NCBI GenBank assembly: GCA_964016885.1
Contig: OZ024741.1
Location: 95,418,001 to 95,482,000, forward strand
Length of the DNA: 64,000 nucleotides
Source of the DNA: Eledone cirrhosa
Taxonomy: Eukaryota
Direction of reading: 5' to 3'
Of this stretch, positions 39,782 through 53,460 are shown piece by piece; within the stretch, counting starts at the first letter, position 1, and each line of letters opens with the position of its first letter. A program made the position numbers and the translations under genes. Under the pieces are notes generated by a model. It was not told where the DNA came from. It saw only the letters and a list, made by a program, of their open reading frames with translations, and ran no database searches.

Positions 39782-40114
39782 ATTAGAAGAGGTAAATATT
39801 TAAATCGTATTTTAATTTATTTAAAAGATTGTTTAATGTTTACTTGTTCCGCTCATATTTACAGTTCTGGTATCTCAAATTAGTACCATAGAACAACCAC
39901 TATTATAGACACCATATATACTTAATACCTACTGGAATATATATATATATATAAATAAACTTCTGTATAGTTCCTTCCTACGTAATTCAATCATAAGGCA
40001 TTAGTCAGTCCAAGGCTACAGTAGAAGGTACTGTGCAGTAAGATAGAACCCAAAACCACATGGTTGCAAAGTAAACTTCTTAGCCACACAACCATGCTGA
40101 AGTATGTTCAATTT

Positions 40115-40475
40115 ATTTCTCTCCAGTATATTACTGTGAGAATTACTATCAGAATGTGGAGGTGGTTAGTTGCCCTGAAACAATAGTTCGTTGCTCTACA
40201 TTTCTGGCAATTTTCCACCTTCGGACATTAAACATTCAACAGTACTTTGTCCAACTTTTCATTCATCACTAAACAGTGTCCTTTTTCTCTATCTGTCTCT
40301 CCCTCTCCCCATACACACTCATTGAACCTACCAACATAACATCTATCATCTAAACCCACAGGATATAGTTCCCTCAATTGTAGCTCCTATCCTAAACTCA
40401 GTTATTCTTCCTCAGATCTATGCCATCCAGGAACATTGGTATTTCCTCTCCCAATCCCCGATGCTTACACCTCTT
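40115..40475 (+). pseudogene. Highly decayed Penelope-like reverse transcriptase C-terminal remnant
   Basis: Ordered broken motifs LQYI, NFH, SVLFLYLS, TSI..KPT, LSYSSS, GI..SQ, resembling RYIDD/NFHP/FLD/YKPT/SSHP/SIPFSQ. Confidence 0.35.
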
Positions 40476-42844
40476 CAAACAAAACATTCATTCACAAACT
40501 TCCTCCCCCCAGGCACACACATACACACAGTTTCCCCAGTGTAGGAGAGTGTAAACATTCTATATGCATGATTTCACCCTTTTAAATATATGCACTAAAA
40601 CATCTTTCTCTTTTTGCCTGCTTGCTCTCTAACCCTTTTGATACCCAACTGGACAGGAAACTGTGTCAATTGAATCAAACATAATATATTACATGTACTT
40701 AATATACCAAACTGCCTGAAGCTGTTCCTGGTTCTAAGATACAAAGTATCTACTGCCTTGTTGTGTTTGCTTGTGTAGTTCAGGTAGGTGTAGGAGTGAA
40801 ATATACTTATTACAAGGCATTTTGTATGATGCTCTAACAATTTTGCTGACTCATCATCATCATTGCCATCATCATCACTGTTTACTGTCTATTTTTCATG
40901 GTTGCAAGGGCTGGACAGATCAGCTATGTTCTGTTTTGGGTTTAGATGCCCTTTCTGATGCCAACCACTTTACATGTACTGGGAGCATTTTTCATGGCAC
41001 CAGCACTACTCACTTACAGAGTAGACTTGGTTTTTTTTTTTTCAAAGAAAATTAAGGAAGCAAGTGTTTATTTTTTTAATCCTTTTGAGGCCATATTTCT
41101 AAAGAAATACAATTGTATTTATTTTAATTAAGGAAGAATTTTGAAGGATTCTTTCATTATTAAGATACCTATAAAAATTATACTGCAAGATTTTAATTTA
41201 AACAGGAATCCTTTAAAATAAGTAGTTTCCTTTGATAGAACTGGAGCCAGTTTTCGCCAGGTTGGTAGCAAAAGGGTTTATAAAAAAAACAAATTCAAGT
41301 TACTCTGAATTTATATCAGATGTTAAATATTGTTAACATAAGCTCAGTTTATTCTTGTAGGACTTGAACTCAGAACACAGAGGTTGTAAAACTACTACAC
41401 AGTATTTCGTATAATGTTTTACTGTTTCTATAAACTCTGTTAACTATTTTCATACTAACCTGCCTGAAACCATCACTGGTTCAACAATACAAAGAATTGT
41501 TTATTTTAAAGTGTTTATATTTAGATGAAAACCTATCATAATTTTATAACGAGAAAGTTATTTCAATAAATTCCAAATTCTTGATTATTTTCAAAATTAA
41601 TTGAAAATCATAAACTTTCATTAGAAATCTGTTATATTAATTGTGTGTGTGTGTGAGAGAGAAAGAAAGAACAAAACAGGGAAGAATTACCTTTTAAAAC
41701 CTTAGTCATGTTGTGAGAAAGAGAGAGGGGGAGGGGGCAACTGCTGTTGTGCCGAAATTCTTTTTTAAACCTATGCTGTAAAAAAATATTCCTTATCTTC
41801 AAATTCATCATCATGCACTGGGAGCATTTTATTATGACTCCAGCACTACCACCCTACAGGGTGGATTAAATGCTTTTGGACATCAGCACAATCATTTTAC
41901 AGGGTGGACTGGGTGCTTCTTTTTTTTCTTTTGCGGATAGTTGTTTTGAATTAAACAATGGAATTTTCATGGAGTACGCTATTGGCAATGAAAGAGTTAA
42001 GTGTTTGGAAAGTAATTATAGTCTTTTGTTAGTGGTTCTACTATCTTCAAACAAATGAAGAGGCAGTGGGTTGCTCTCAAGATCTCAACTGGTGACTTGT
42101 AAAAGGAAAATTGTATGTTGTTATTGTAGCTATTTAACCCTAGGTCAGCCTTGACTAAACATGCTTATGACCAAATGTATTTCAACAGTGACCATTCCAT
42201 TATTCTCAGACATTGTATATAATAGTTTACATTTCCTGATGATACGTTGGAATTTGCAGAGGAGTTGGCTGCCATTTTTAGCAGTTTGAAGGACCACATA
42301 AGGGTGTCCTGGGCAAGTTACATACATGTATCACAGTGAATGAGATATGAGCAATTGGAAAGGCCTTCAGATTTAAAAGATAATTGCATCAACACGTTTT
42401 TAAAAAAACGTTTCCTGCGAGCATGTTTATCTCTTATTGTGTGTGTGTGTATATATATATATAGTAAAATTTAAATGATTTAAGAACATCTTTCTGTCAT
42501 CTTAATGTGTTTATATATATAATGGCTGAGCCCCAGGATGGCTTCAGCCTGTTGATAGGAGATGGTAAGAGTACACACACATATGACAGGCTTCTGCACA
42601 ATTTCCATCTACCAAATTCCACTCACAAGGCATTAGTTAACTTGAGGTTATAGATGACTGTTGCATGGCAGGACAGAATACTGAACCACATAGTTGTGAA
42701 GTAAACGTTTTATATATATTTGAAGTGAACACCCATATAGATACATTACATGCATACATATATACATTCCATGCATACATACATTACATGCATGCATACA
42801 TACATTACACACATATATATATATATACATTGCATACATGCACA

Positions 42845-45800
42845 CATTTATACACTACACACATTCATACACTACACTCATTTATACACTACACTCATTT
42901 ATACACTACACTCATTTATACACTACACTCATTCATACACTACACTCATTCATACACTACACTCTTTCATACACTACACTCTTTCATACACTACACTCTT
43001 TCATACACTACACTCATTCATACACTACACTCATTCATACACTACACTCATTCATACACTACACTCATTCATACACTACACTCTTTCATACACTACACTC
43101 TTTCATACACTACACTCATTTATACACTACACTCATTCATACACTACACTCATTCATACACTACACTCATTCATACACTACACTCTTTCATACACTACAC
43201 TCTTTCATACACTACACTCTTTCATACACTACACTCTTTCATACACTACACTCATTTATACACTACACTGATTCATATACTACACTCTTTCATACACTAC
43301 ACTCTTTCATACACTACACTCTTTCATACACTACACTCTTTCATACACTACACTCTTTCATACACTACACTCATTTATACACTACACTCATTCATACACT
43401 ACACTCTTTCATACACTACACTCATTCATACACTACACTCATTTATACACTACACTCTTTCATACACTACACTCTTTCATACACTACACTCTTTCATACA
43501 CTACGCTCTTTCATACACTACACTCTTTCATACACTACACTCATTTATACACTACACTCATTTATACACTACACTCTTTCATACACTACACTCTTTCATA
43601 CACTACACTCTTTCATACACTACACTCTTTCATACACTACACTCATTTATACACTACACTCATTCATACACTACACTCTTTCATACACTACACTCATTCA
43701 TGCACTACACTCATTTATACAATACACTCTTTCATACACTACACTCTTTCATACACTACACTCATTCATACACTACACTCATTCATGCACTACACTCTTT
43801 CATACACTACACTCTTTCATACACTACACTCTTTCATGCACTAGACTCTTTCATACACTACACTCTTTCATACACTACACTCTTTCATACACTACACTCA
43901 TTTATACACTACACTCATTTATACACTACACTCTTTCATACACTACACTCTTTCATACACTACACTCATTTATACACTATACTCTTTCATGCACTACACT
44001 CATTTATACACTACACTCTTTCATACACTACACTCTTTCATACACTACACTCTTTCATACACTACACTCTTTCATACACTACACTCTTTCATACACTACA
44101 CTCTTTCATACACTACACTCTTTCATACACTACACTCATTCATGCACTACACTCATTTATACACTACACTCATTTATACACTACACTCTTTCATACACTA
44201 CACTCTTTCATACACTACACTCTTTCATACACTACACTCTTTCATGCACTACACTTTCATACACTAGACTCTTTCATACACTACACTCATTTATACACTA
44301 CACTCTTTCATACACTACACTCTTTCATACACTACACTCTTTCATACACTACACTCATTTATACACTACACTCTTTCATACACTACACTCTTTCATACAC
44401 TACACTCTTTCATACACTACACTCATTTATACACTACACTCTTTCATACACTACACTCTTTCATACACTACACTCTTTCATACACTACACTCTTTCATAC
44501 ACTACACTCTTTCATACACTACACTCTTTCATACACTACACTCTTTCATACACTACACTCTTTCATACACTACACTCATTTATACACTACACTCATTCAT
44601 ACACTACACTCTTTCGTACACTACACTCTTTCGTACACTACACTCTTTCATACACTACACTCTTTCATACACTACACTCTTTCATACACTACACTCTTTC
44701 ATACACTACACTCTTTCATACACTACACTCTTTCATACACTACACTCTTTCATACACTACACTCTTTTATACACTACACTCTTTCATGCACTACACTCAT
44801 TTATACACTACACTCATTTATACACTACACTCTTTCATACACTACACTCTTTCATACACTACACTCATTTATACACTACACTCATTTATACACTACACTC
44901 TTTCATACACTACACTCTTTCATACACTACACTCTTTCATACACTACACTCATTTATACACTATACTCTTTCATGCACTACACTCATTTATACACTACAC
45001 TCTTTCATACACTACACTCTTTCATACACTACACTCTTTCATACACTACACTCTTCATACACTACACTCTTTCATACACTACACTCTTTCATACACTACA
45101 CTCTTTCATACACTACACTCATTCATGCACTACACTCATTTATACACTACACTCATTTATACACTACACTCTTTCATACACTACACTCTTTCATACACTA
45201 CACTCTTTCATACACTACACTCTTTCATGCACTACACTTTCATACACTAGACTCTTTCATACACTACACTCATTTATACACTACACTCTTTCATACACTA
45301 CACTCTTTCATACACTACACTCTTTCATACACTACACTCATTTATACACTACACTCTTTCATACACTACACTCTTTCATACACTACACTCTTTCATACAC
45401 TACACTCATTTATACACTACACTCTTTCATACACTACACTCTTTCATACACTACACTCTTTCATACACTACACTCTTTCATACACTACACTCTTTCATAC
45501 ACTACACTCTTTCATACACTACACTCTTTCATACACTACACTCTTTCATACACTACACTCATTTATACACTACACTCATTCATACACTACACTCTTTCGT
45601 ACACTACACTCTTTCGTACACTACACTCTTTCATACACTACACTCTTTCATACACTACACTCTTTCATACACTACACTCTTTCATACACTACACTCTTTC
45701 ATACACTACACTCTTTCATACACTACACTCTTTCATACACTACACTCTTTTATACACTACACTCTTTCATGCACTACACTCATTTATACACTACACTCAT

Positions 45801-45990
45801 TTATACACTACACTCTTTCATACACTACACTCTTTCATACACTACACTCATTTATACACTACACTCATTTATACACTCCACTCTTTCATACACTACACTC
45901 TTTCATACACTACACTCATTCATGCACTACACTCTTTCATGCACTACACTCATTCATACACTACACTCATTCATACACTACACTTATTCA
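42845..45990. repeat. 17-bp satellite (TACACTACACTCTTTCA)n, about 185 units
   Basis: Direct reading; the 17-aa period in the ORF track equals 3 units. Confidence 0.98.
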
Positions 45991-46352
45991 TATACACATA
46001 CATAGTTACATACATTACACACATACATATATTAGTAATACATTAGATAGCTCATAGTCCTAATTAATTTTGCTTTAGAAATTTTAGTTTTCTACTTAAC
46101 ATGCCTCATTACATAAGAACAAAAAAAGCTGTTGATGTTATTGTTGTTGTTGTTGTTGAGTGGCTCTGGTTAGCCGACTTCAGCCATAGGTAATAGTTTC
46201 ATCAATTACTCAGGTGCTGTACACAAACAAAATATGTCAGTTTTCACTTTTACTCCCTCTCTACATCTCCACTACTGCACAGTTTGTATGGTAGGCATTT
46301 TAGAAATCAAAAGCACATACCTAGCAAGCAGTCTGTGAAGTAGTCAAAATCT

Positions 46353-46890
46353 GTGTTTGTGTGCACATCTATATACTTATGTATGTAATATACGCATATA
46401 TATGTAATATGTGTGTTTGCACCTATATACTTATGTAATATAAGCATATATATGGAATATGTGTGTTTGCACCTATATACTTATGTATGTAATATAAGCA
46501 TATATATGTAATATGTGGGTTTGCACCTATATACTTAAGTATGTAATATACGCATATATATGTAATATGTGTGTTTGCACCTATATACTTATGTATGTAA
46601 TATGTGTGTTTGCACCTATATACTTATGTATGTAATATGTGTGTTTGCACCTATATACTTATGTATGTAATATAAGCATATATATGTAATATGTGTGTTT
46701 GCACCTATATACTTATGTATGTAATATAAGCATATATATGTAATGTGTGTTTGCACCTATATACTTATGTATGTAATATAAGCATATATATGTAATATGT
46801 GTGTTTGCACCTATATACTTATGTATGTAATATACGCATATATATGTAATATGTGTGTTTGCACCTATATACTTAGGTATGTAATATGCG
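46353..46890. repeat. Minisatellite with 54-bp and 34-bp units
   Basis: GTGTGTTTGCACCTATATACTTATGTATGTAATAT with or without AAGCATATATATGTAATAT. Confidence 0.95.
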
Positions 46891-47359
46891 TGTGTCAGTA
46901 ATATGGTGGGTTTTGTTACTTTTTCTGTCTATTAAAGTCACTAACAAGGCATTGATTGGCCTGAGGCTACAGTAGAAAACACTTGCTGAAGGTACCACAC
47001 ACAGAGTGACTGGACCTGAATCCATGTGGTTCTAAAGCCAACTTAACCACATTGCCATATCTCTACTTATCATGTGTGTGTGTGTATATCTATCTATATA
47101 TATATGTGTTTGTGTGTGTGTATGTATATGGATATTTATATATATGTAAAGGATGGTTTTCTGAAGGGGGTTGGAAAGAAACCAGTTAAATGTTAAGTGA
47201 GGTACTCAACACGATGGTGGAGAATAAGTATATTTATTTTATATAGAAATGATTTCTACAGGATTAGAACTGCTTCATTTGTTTGGCATTGTCTGGAATG
47301 TTCTGGTGATTTTATACAAATGAAACAGTTCTAGTATTGTAGAAGTCATTTCTCTTTCT

Positions 47360-47754
<395 letters not shown>

Positions 47755-47834
47755 CAGGGTGTCCTAAAAAATGTGTACACACTTTGATTAGCATGCTGTT
47801 GAAGTCTGTATGTATTTTTTGGGGGAACACCCTG
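47755..47834. mobile_element. Tc1/mariner-type MITE
   Basis: TA-CAGGGTGTCC...GGAACACCCTG-TA. Confidence 0.8.
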
Positions 47835-47856
47835 TATGTATGTATGTATGTATATA

Positions 47857-48467
47857 CATGGTGGCTGCCAACTCGTTTTCGAGTACGGCCACTGCTTTAC
47901 ATCCATGTAGGAGAACCCCTACCGATGCGCTGAACAAGTGTGGCTTTTTAGTCCAGCCAGCAACTTGAAAACTCTGGTACAGACACTACACTTGTGACAA
48001 TTATTGACACACAGTGCTGGGCCCATGGTACAATGTGATGACAAGTGCAGAGAGATCTCCAGATATAAAGCAATGCCTGTGCCGTGAAGCTTTTATAGTG
48101 AGCAAAGGCACTGCACAAAGCCAGTGCCACTCTCTTAACCAAGATGATATTTACCAAAAAGAAGAACAAGTCAACATCATTGGATACCATCAGGGTTGCA
48201 GGTGTTATATCAGAGTTTTCCTTCTCCTAGAATTCTGCCTTGACAAAGGCTAAGGGGTCATCTCTCCCGGTGATTTTGGATGGCCATTGACTCTTACGAG
48301 CTCCTTTGCCCTTTGACAGGTTTTGTTTTTAATCCTGCAGGATGTCCAAAGTCACCTTCCTCACCAAGAAACCTTGGTGGGGTTGCCAGTTTAGTCACCA
48401 ACGACCCGACCATGAGACAGGTTGTACTGGGATACATGTTACCAGTAGCACCAAGTGGTGACCTGAC
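47857..48467 (-). mobile_element. About 610-bp non-coding retro-like element, copy 1
   Basis: Reverse complement of 48480-49089; terminal stem-loop followed by (ATGT)n tail. Confidence 0.7.
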
Positions 48468-48479
48468 GTATGTATGTAT

Positions 48480-49102
48480 GTCAGGTCACCAGTTGGTGCT
48501 ACTGGTAACATGTATCCCAGTACAACCTGTCTCATGGTCGGGTCGTTGGCGACTAAACTGGCAACTCCACCAAGGTTTCTTGGTGAGGAGGGTGACTTTG
48601 GACATCCTGCAGGACTAAAAACAAAACCTGTCAAAGGGCAAAGGAGCTCTTAAGAGTCAATGGCCATCCAAAATCACCGGGAGAGATGACCCCTTAGCCT
48701 TTGTCAAGGCAGAATTCTAGGAGAAGGAAAACTCTGATATAACACCTGCAACTCTGATGGTATCCAATGATGTTGACTTGTTCTTCTTTTTGGTAAATAT
48801 CATCTTGGTCAAGAGAGTGGGACTGGCTTTGTGCAATGCCTTTGCTCACTATAAAAGCTTCATGGCACAGGCATTGCTTTGTATCTAGAGATCTCTCTGC
48901 ACTTGTCGTCACATGGTACCATGGGCCCAGCACTATGTGTCAATAATTGTCACAAGTGTAGTGTCTGTACCAGAGTTTTCAGGGGCTGGCTGGACTAAAA
49001 AGTCACACTCGTTCAGTGCATCGGTAGGGGTTCTCCTACATGGATATAAAGTAGTGGCCGTACTCGAAAACGAGTTGGCAGCCACCATGTATGTATGTAT
49101 GT
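48480..49102 (+). mobile_element. About 610-bp non-coding retro-like element, copy 2
   Basis: Ends AGTGGCCGTACTCGAAAACGAGTTGGCAGCCACC hairpin plus (ATGT)n; internal CTAGGAGAAGGAAAACTCTGA resembles RTE 5' UTR motifs. Confidence 0.7.
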
Positions 49103-49134
49103 ACATACATACATAGATACATACAGGGTGTCCC

Positions 49135-49713
49135 ATGTATCCCAGTACAACCTGTCTCATGGTCGGGTCGTTGGCGACTAAACTGGCAACCCCACCAAGG
49201 TTTCTTGGTGAGGAAGGTGACTTTGGACATCCTGCAGGACTAAAAACAAAACCTGTCAAAGGGCAAAGGAGCTCTTAAGAGTCAATGGCCATCCAAAATC
49301 ACCGGGAGAGATGACCCCTTAGCCTTTGTCAAGGCAGAATTCTAGAAGGAAAACTCTGATATAACACCTGCAACTCTGATGGTATCCAATGATGTTGACA
49401 TGTTCTTCTTTTTGGTAAATATCATCTTGGTTAAGCGAGTGGGACTGGCTTTGTGCAGTGCCTTTGCTCACTATAGAAGCTTCACGGCACAGGCATTGCT
49501 TTATATCTGCAGATCTCTCTGCACTTGTTGTCACATGGTACCATGGGCCCAGCACTATGTGTCAATAATTGTCACAAGTGTAGTGTTTGTACCAGAGTTT
49601 TTAAGTCGCTGGCTGGACTAAAAAGTCACACTTGTTCAGCGCATCGGTAGGGGTTCTCCTACATAGATATAAAGTAGTGGCCGTACTCGAAAACGAGTTG
49701 GCAGTCCACCATG
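49135..49713 (+). mobile_element. About 610-bp non-coding retro-like element, copy 3 (5'-truncated by ~30 bp)
   Basis: Direct repeat of copy 2. Confidence 0.7.
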
Positions 49714-50176
49714 TGTGTATATATATATATTTATGTGTGTGCATATATATACAAAATTATCATCATTTAACATCCACTATGTCCACTCTCCCATGCTGGC
49801 TTGGTTGGGGTGGGGGTGTCGGGGGGGGGGGGGGGGGGCTACTCACTTCACAGCTGGGCCAGAAGCCTACATCTCACTTATGTCTCAGCACTTTATAGTA
49901 GTAAATTTACAAGTCTTTCACCTTTTTATATATATATATATATATATATATGTGGTATTGTGCCAGTGGAGTGTGGGTTGTCTTGTCTTGTCTTCCAGGC
50001 TGAACCTTTCTTATTTGTAGGAATAACATCACCTCATAACACCCCACCCATACCCCTACCTTTCCCACCACCCACCCACGACACCTTTCTTCTGCTTTAC
50101 ATCATGTCGCTTTTTTTCAAAGATTAAAAAACAAAAAAAAGTAAAAGAGGGGGGTGGGGAGAAAAACTCCAGGCTT

Positions 50177-50177
<1 letters not shown>

Positions 50178-50234
<57 letters not shown>
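50178..50234. repeat. (ACT)n microsatellite
   Basis: Direct reading. Confidence 0.98.
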
Positions 50235-50235
<1 letters not shown>

Positions 50236-50554
50236 GTTTTCTTTTGTTTTGTCCTATTGTATATGATACACCAGATGCCATCTGCTTTGGCAGTGGATTG
50301 ATGGTGCTTTGTGTGCCTGTTAAATCTTTAAAATATAAAAACAACACACACACACATACATACAAACACAGAGGATGATGATGATTATGTATGTATATGC
50401 ATGTCTCTGTGTATGTGTGTATATATATATATGTATGTAAATTTTTGTGTGTATGTAAATGTGTATGTATGTAAATGTGTGTGTATGTATATGTTTGTAA
50501 GTATATATATGTATGTATATAAATGAGCGTGTGTGTGTATATATATATATATAT

Positions 50555-50902
50555 GGAGGCACATGGCTTAGTGGTTAGAACATTGGGCTTGCAATCGAAA
50601 GGTTGTGAGTTCAATTCTCAGACCGGGTGATGTGTTGTTTCCTTGAGCAAGACACTTTATTTCACATTGCTCCAGTTTACTCAGCTGTAGAAATGAGATG
50701 ATAGGGACAGGGGTCCATATCATTCCACTGCGAAGTGGTCGTGGAGGTGCCACGGCAAAAAAGCACCAAGCACTCACTGTAAATGAGGTTGGTGTTAGGA
50801 AGGGCATCCAGCTGTAGAAATCAAGCCAGCATCAGTTCCCGTCCCACCCTTGCAAGCAGGGAAAAAGCGGACGTAAAATGAAATGATGATGATGATGATG
50901 AT
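50555..50902 (+). mobile_element. Full-length SINE family D
   Basis: As 33373-33714; (GAT)n tail. Confidence 0.9.
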
Positions 50903-52669
50903 ATCTGTGTGTGTATATATGTGTATGTGTGTATATATGTATGTAAAGGTATGTATGGGATATATATATATGTGTGTGTGTGTATATATATATGTATATA
51001 TGTATATGTATGAAGAGAAAACTAGTCTTCCTTCTTATGTGTGTCTCTCTCTCTCTCTATTTGCTTGTGTCTGTCTACCTCATTATTTCTATAATCTTTC
51101 AACATTTCAGAAGACTTGAGATGGATGGAGATTACTATTTCCCTGCTTAAAAAAATATCAACAATTCAAAATAAAAGCCACAACACAAACCACTATTTAG
51201 TCATTACTATAATAATAATAATGATGATGATGATGATAATGATCATCAAAACCACCATTATGACCATAATCAACACCATCACCACCACTATTATGTCTAA
51301 TAGTACCATCATCATCATGACAACCATCAACCCCATTGCCATAACATTACCTTTGGTATGTCACTAAATTAGCTTGTTTTTTATTGTGTTTAGTCTCTTC
51401 TTCTAATTGATATTGTTGTATTTTGAAGTTATATCAAGTGATCTCTCCCTCACACCCATCCTTTCCACCACTCACCCTCTTTTTCTCCCTCCCCTCTCTC
51501 CCTCTCTTCGATTTTCCAATTCTTTGTCACATTCATTCTCACTCTCTCCTCTCTCACTCTCTCTCTTACTTCCCTTCTCTCTCTCACTCTCTCTCCTCTC
51601 TTTCACTCTCTCCTCTCTCATTCACATTCTCTCAACAAGTGTGTACATGTAGGTAGTTGGGTGTTAGCATAAGTATTTTAAACAACACTGCAACTTTTGT
51701 GTGTGTGTATATATGTGTGTGTGTGTGTGTTTGCTGATGCACATCTGTGTATAGGTGTACATATATATGTATGTGTGTGTTTCTTTGCTGATGTGCATTA
51801 TGTATTGGTGTACTTGTATGTGTGTAAAGGTATACTTGTGTGTATGTATTATGTGGTATGTATTATGTGTGATTGTGTTTATGTTTGCTAGTGTGTGCGT
51901 GTCTGTATATGGATGCACTTGTATATATGTATCATGTGTGGTTGTATTTGTTAATGCTAGTGTGTCTTTGTGTGGAAGGTTTTAATTAGTTAAGTTATTA
52001 AATCATAACAACTCCACTTTCTTTCAGTTCCTCATGCCCCCCCCCCCCACTCTGTCTCTTTCCTCTCTCTCCTCCTCTCTTTTGGCACCCTTCTTCACCT
52101 ACCTAGCCACCCACCTTAGATCATCCAAGGATGATATAGGAGAGTGGTTCTACTCTCTACAGATGCCACTAGACAACAGGACATAACAAAGTATTGTTAA
52201 GCAGCACCAAGTGGCTGAAACCAAGGGAAGCTGAGAACATAGTTATGCAGCTGTCAATGGTATTTTTAGTTCATTAAATAATGTATACTGAAAATAGGAG
52301 AGAGGTGAGAGAGAGAGATGGTATGAGAATATGCACACACACAACAAACACATACACACAACAAACACATACACACACACGCATATATATGTATATACAC
52401 ACACAAATACACATACACACACTGTGCGAGAGAGATATACCTATATAATAATGGTGATAACGATGATGAGTAACTGAACTTTTCCAGCTATCTCTAACAG
52501 CAGGACACAAAGAAGAGCCAGCAGAGAAAGAGTTTCTATATACCTACTGAAGCTGCTAGAAATAGCAGCTAAAACACACCCTAACATCTTTAAAAAGAAG
52601 GACATAGAATAATGTAGCCCAAATAAAGAGCACCAGGCGCTATATAACCTTAACAAAACATAGTCACAG

Positions 52670-53460
52670 CCCTTTACATTCTAAGTTAAAATCCTGCCTT
52701 TCGTCCTTATGGGGTTGATAAAATAAAATACCAGTAACGTACTGGGTCGATTTCATCGACTCCCCCCAAAAAAAATTACTGGACTTGTGCCTATACTAGA
52801 AATCATTATTATTTTTCCAGCATAGTTACGTCCCTTTACGATCTGAGTTCAAATCCCGCCGAGGTTGACTTTGCCTTTCATCCTTACGGGGTCGATAAAA
52901 TAAAGTACCAGTAATGCACTGGGTAATTGCTGGCCTTGTGCCTAAAGTAGAAACAATTATTATAAAATAAAGTACCAGTAATACACTGGGTAATTGCTGG
53001 CCTTGTGCCTAACGTAGAAACAATTATTATTATTATTATTATGAGGGTGGTGGATTGGCAGTATCGGTAGAGGGTTGGACACAATGCTTTGCAGAATAGA
53101 GTTATGGCTCTTTATGATCTGAGTTCAAATCCCGCCGAGGTTAACTTTGCCTTTCATCCTTACGGGGTCGATAAAATAAAGTACCAGTCACGCACTGGAG
53201 TCGATTTAATCGACTTTCCCCTCCCCCAAAATTGCTGGCCTTGTGCCTATATAAGAAACCATTATTTATTCAAAGTGAATTGGCAGTATCGGTAGAGGGT
53301 TGGACACCATGCTTTCTAGCATAGTTACAGCCCTTTACAGTCTGAGTTCAAATCCCGCCGAGGTTAACTTTGCCTTTCATCCTTACGGGGTCGATAAAAT
53401 AAAGTACCAGTAATGTACTGGGTAATTGCTGGCCTTGTGCCTAAAGTAGAAACAATTATT
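52670..53460 (+). mobile_element. Tandem array of ~4.5 SINE A copies
   Basis: Head-to-tail family A bodies with ATT tails. Confidence 0.9.

Noticed and set aside
42665-46046. 861-, 1055- and 357-aa His/Thr/Tyr-rich ORFs
   Set aside because: Stop-free read-through of a 17-bp satellite in all three frames; frameshifting indels are tolerated
48480-48600. HDV-like or twister ribozyme at the 5' end of the 610-bp element
   Set aside because: Hairpins present, but I could not build the P1/P1.1/P2/P3 double pseudoknot or find the twister consensus
47948-49621. Repeated 78-112-aa ORFs in the triplicated element
   Set aside because: No recognisable domain; they recur only because the DNA is duplicated
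49798-49838. G-quadruplex-capable G runs (also near 5100, 59220 and 60540)
   Set aside because: Simple homopolymer runs with no functional context; lengths unreliable
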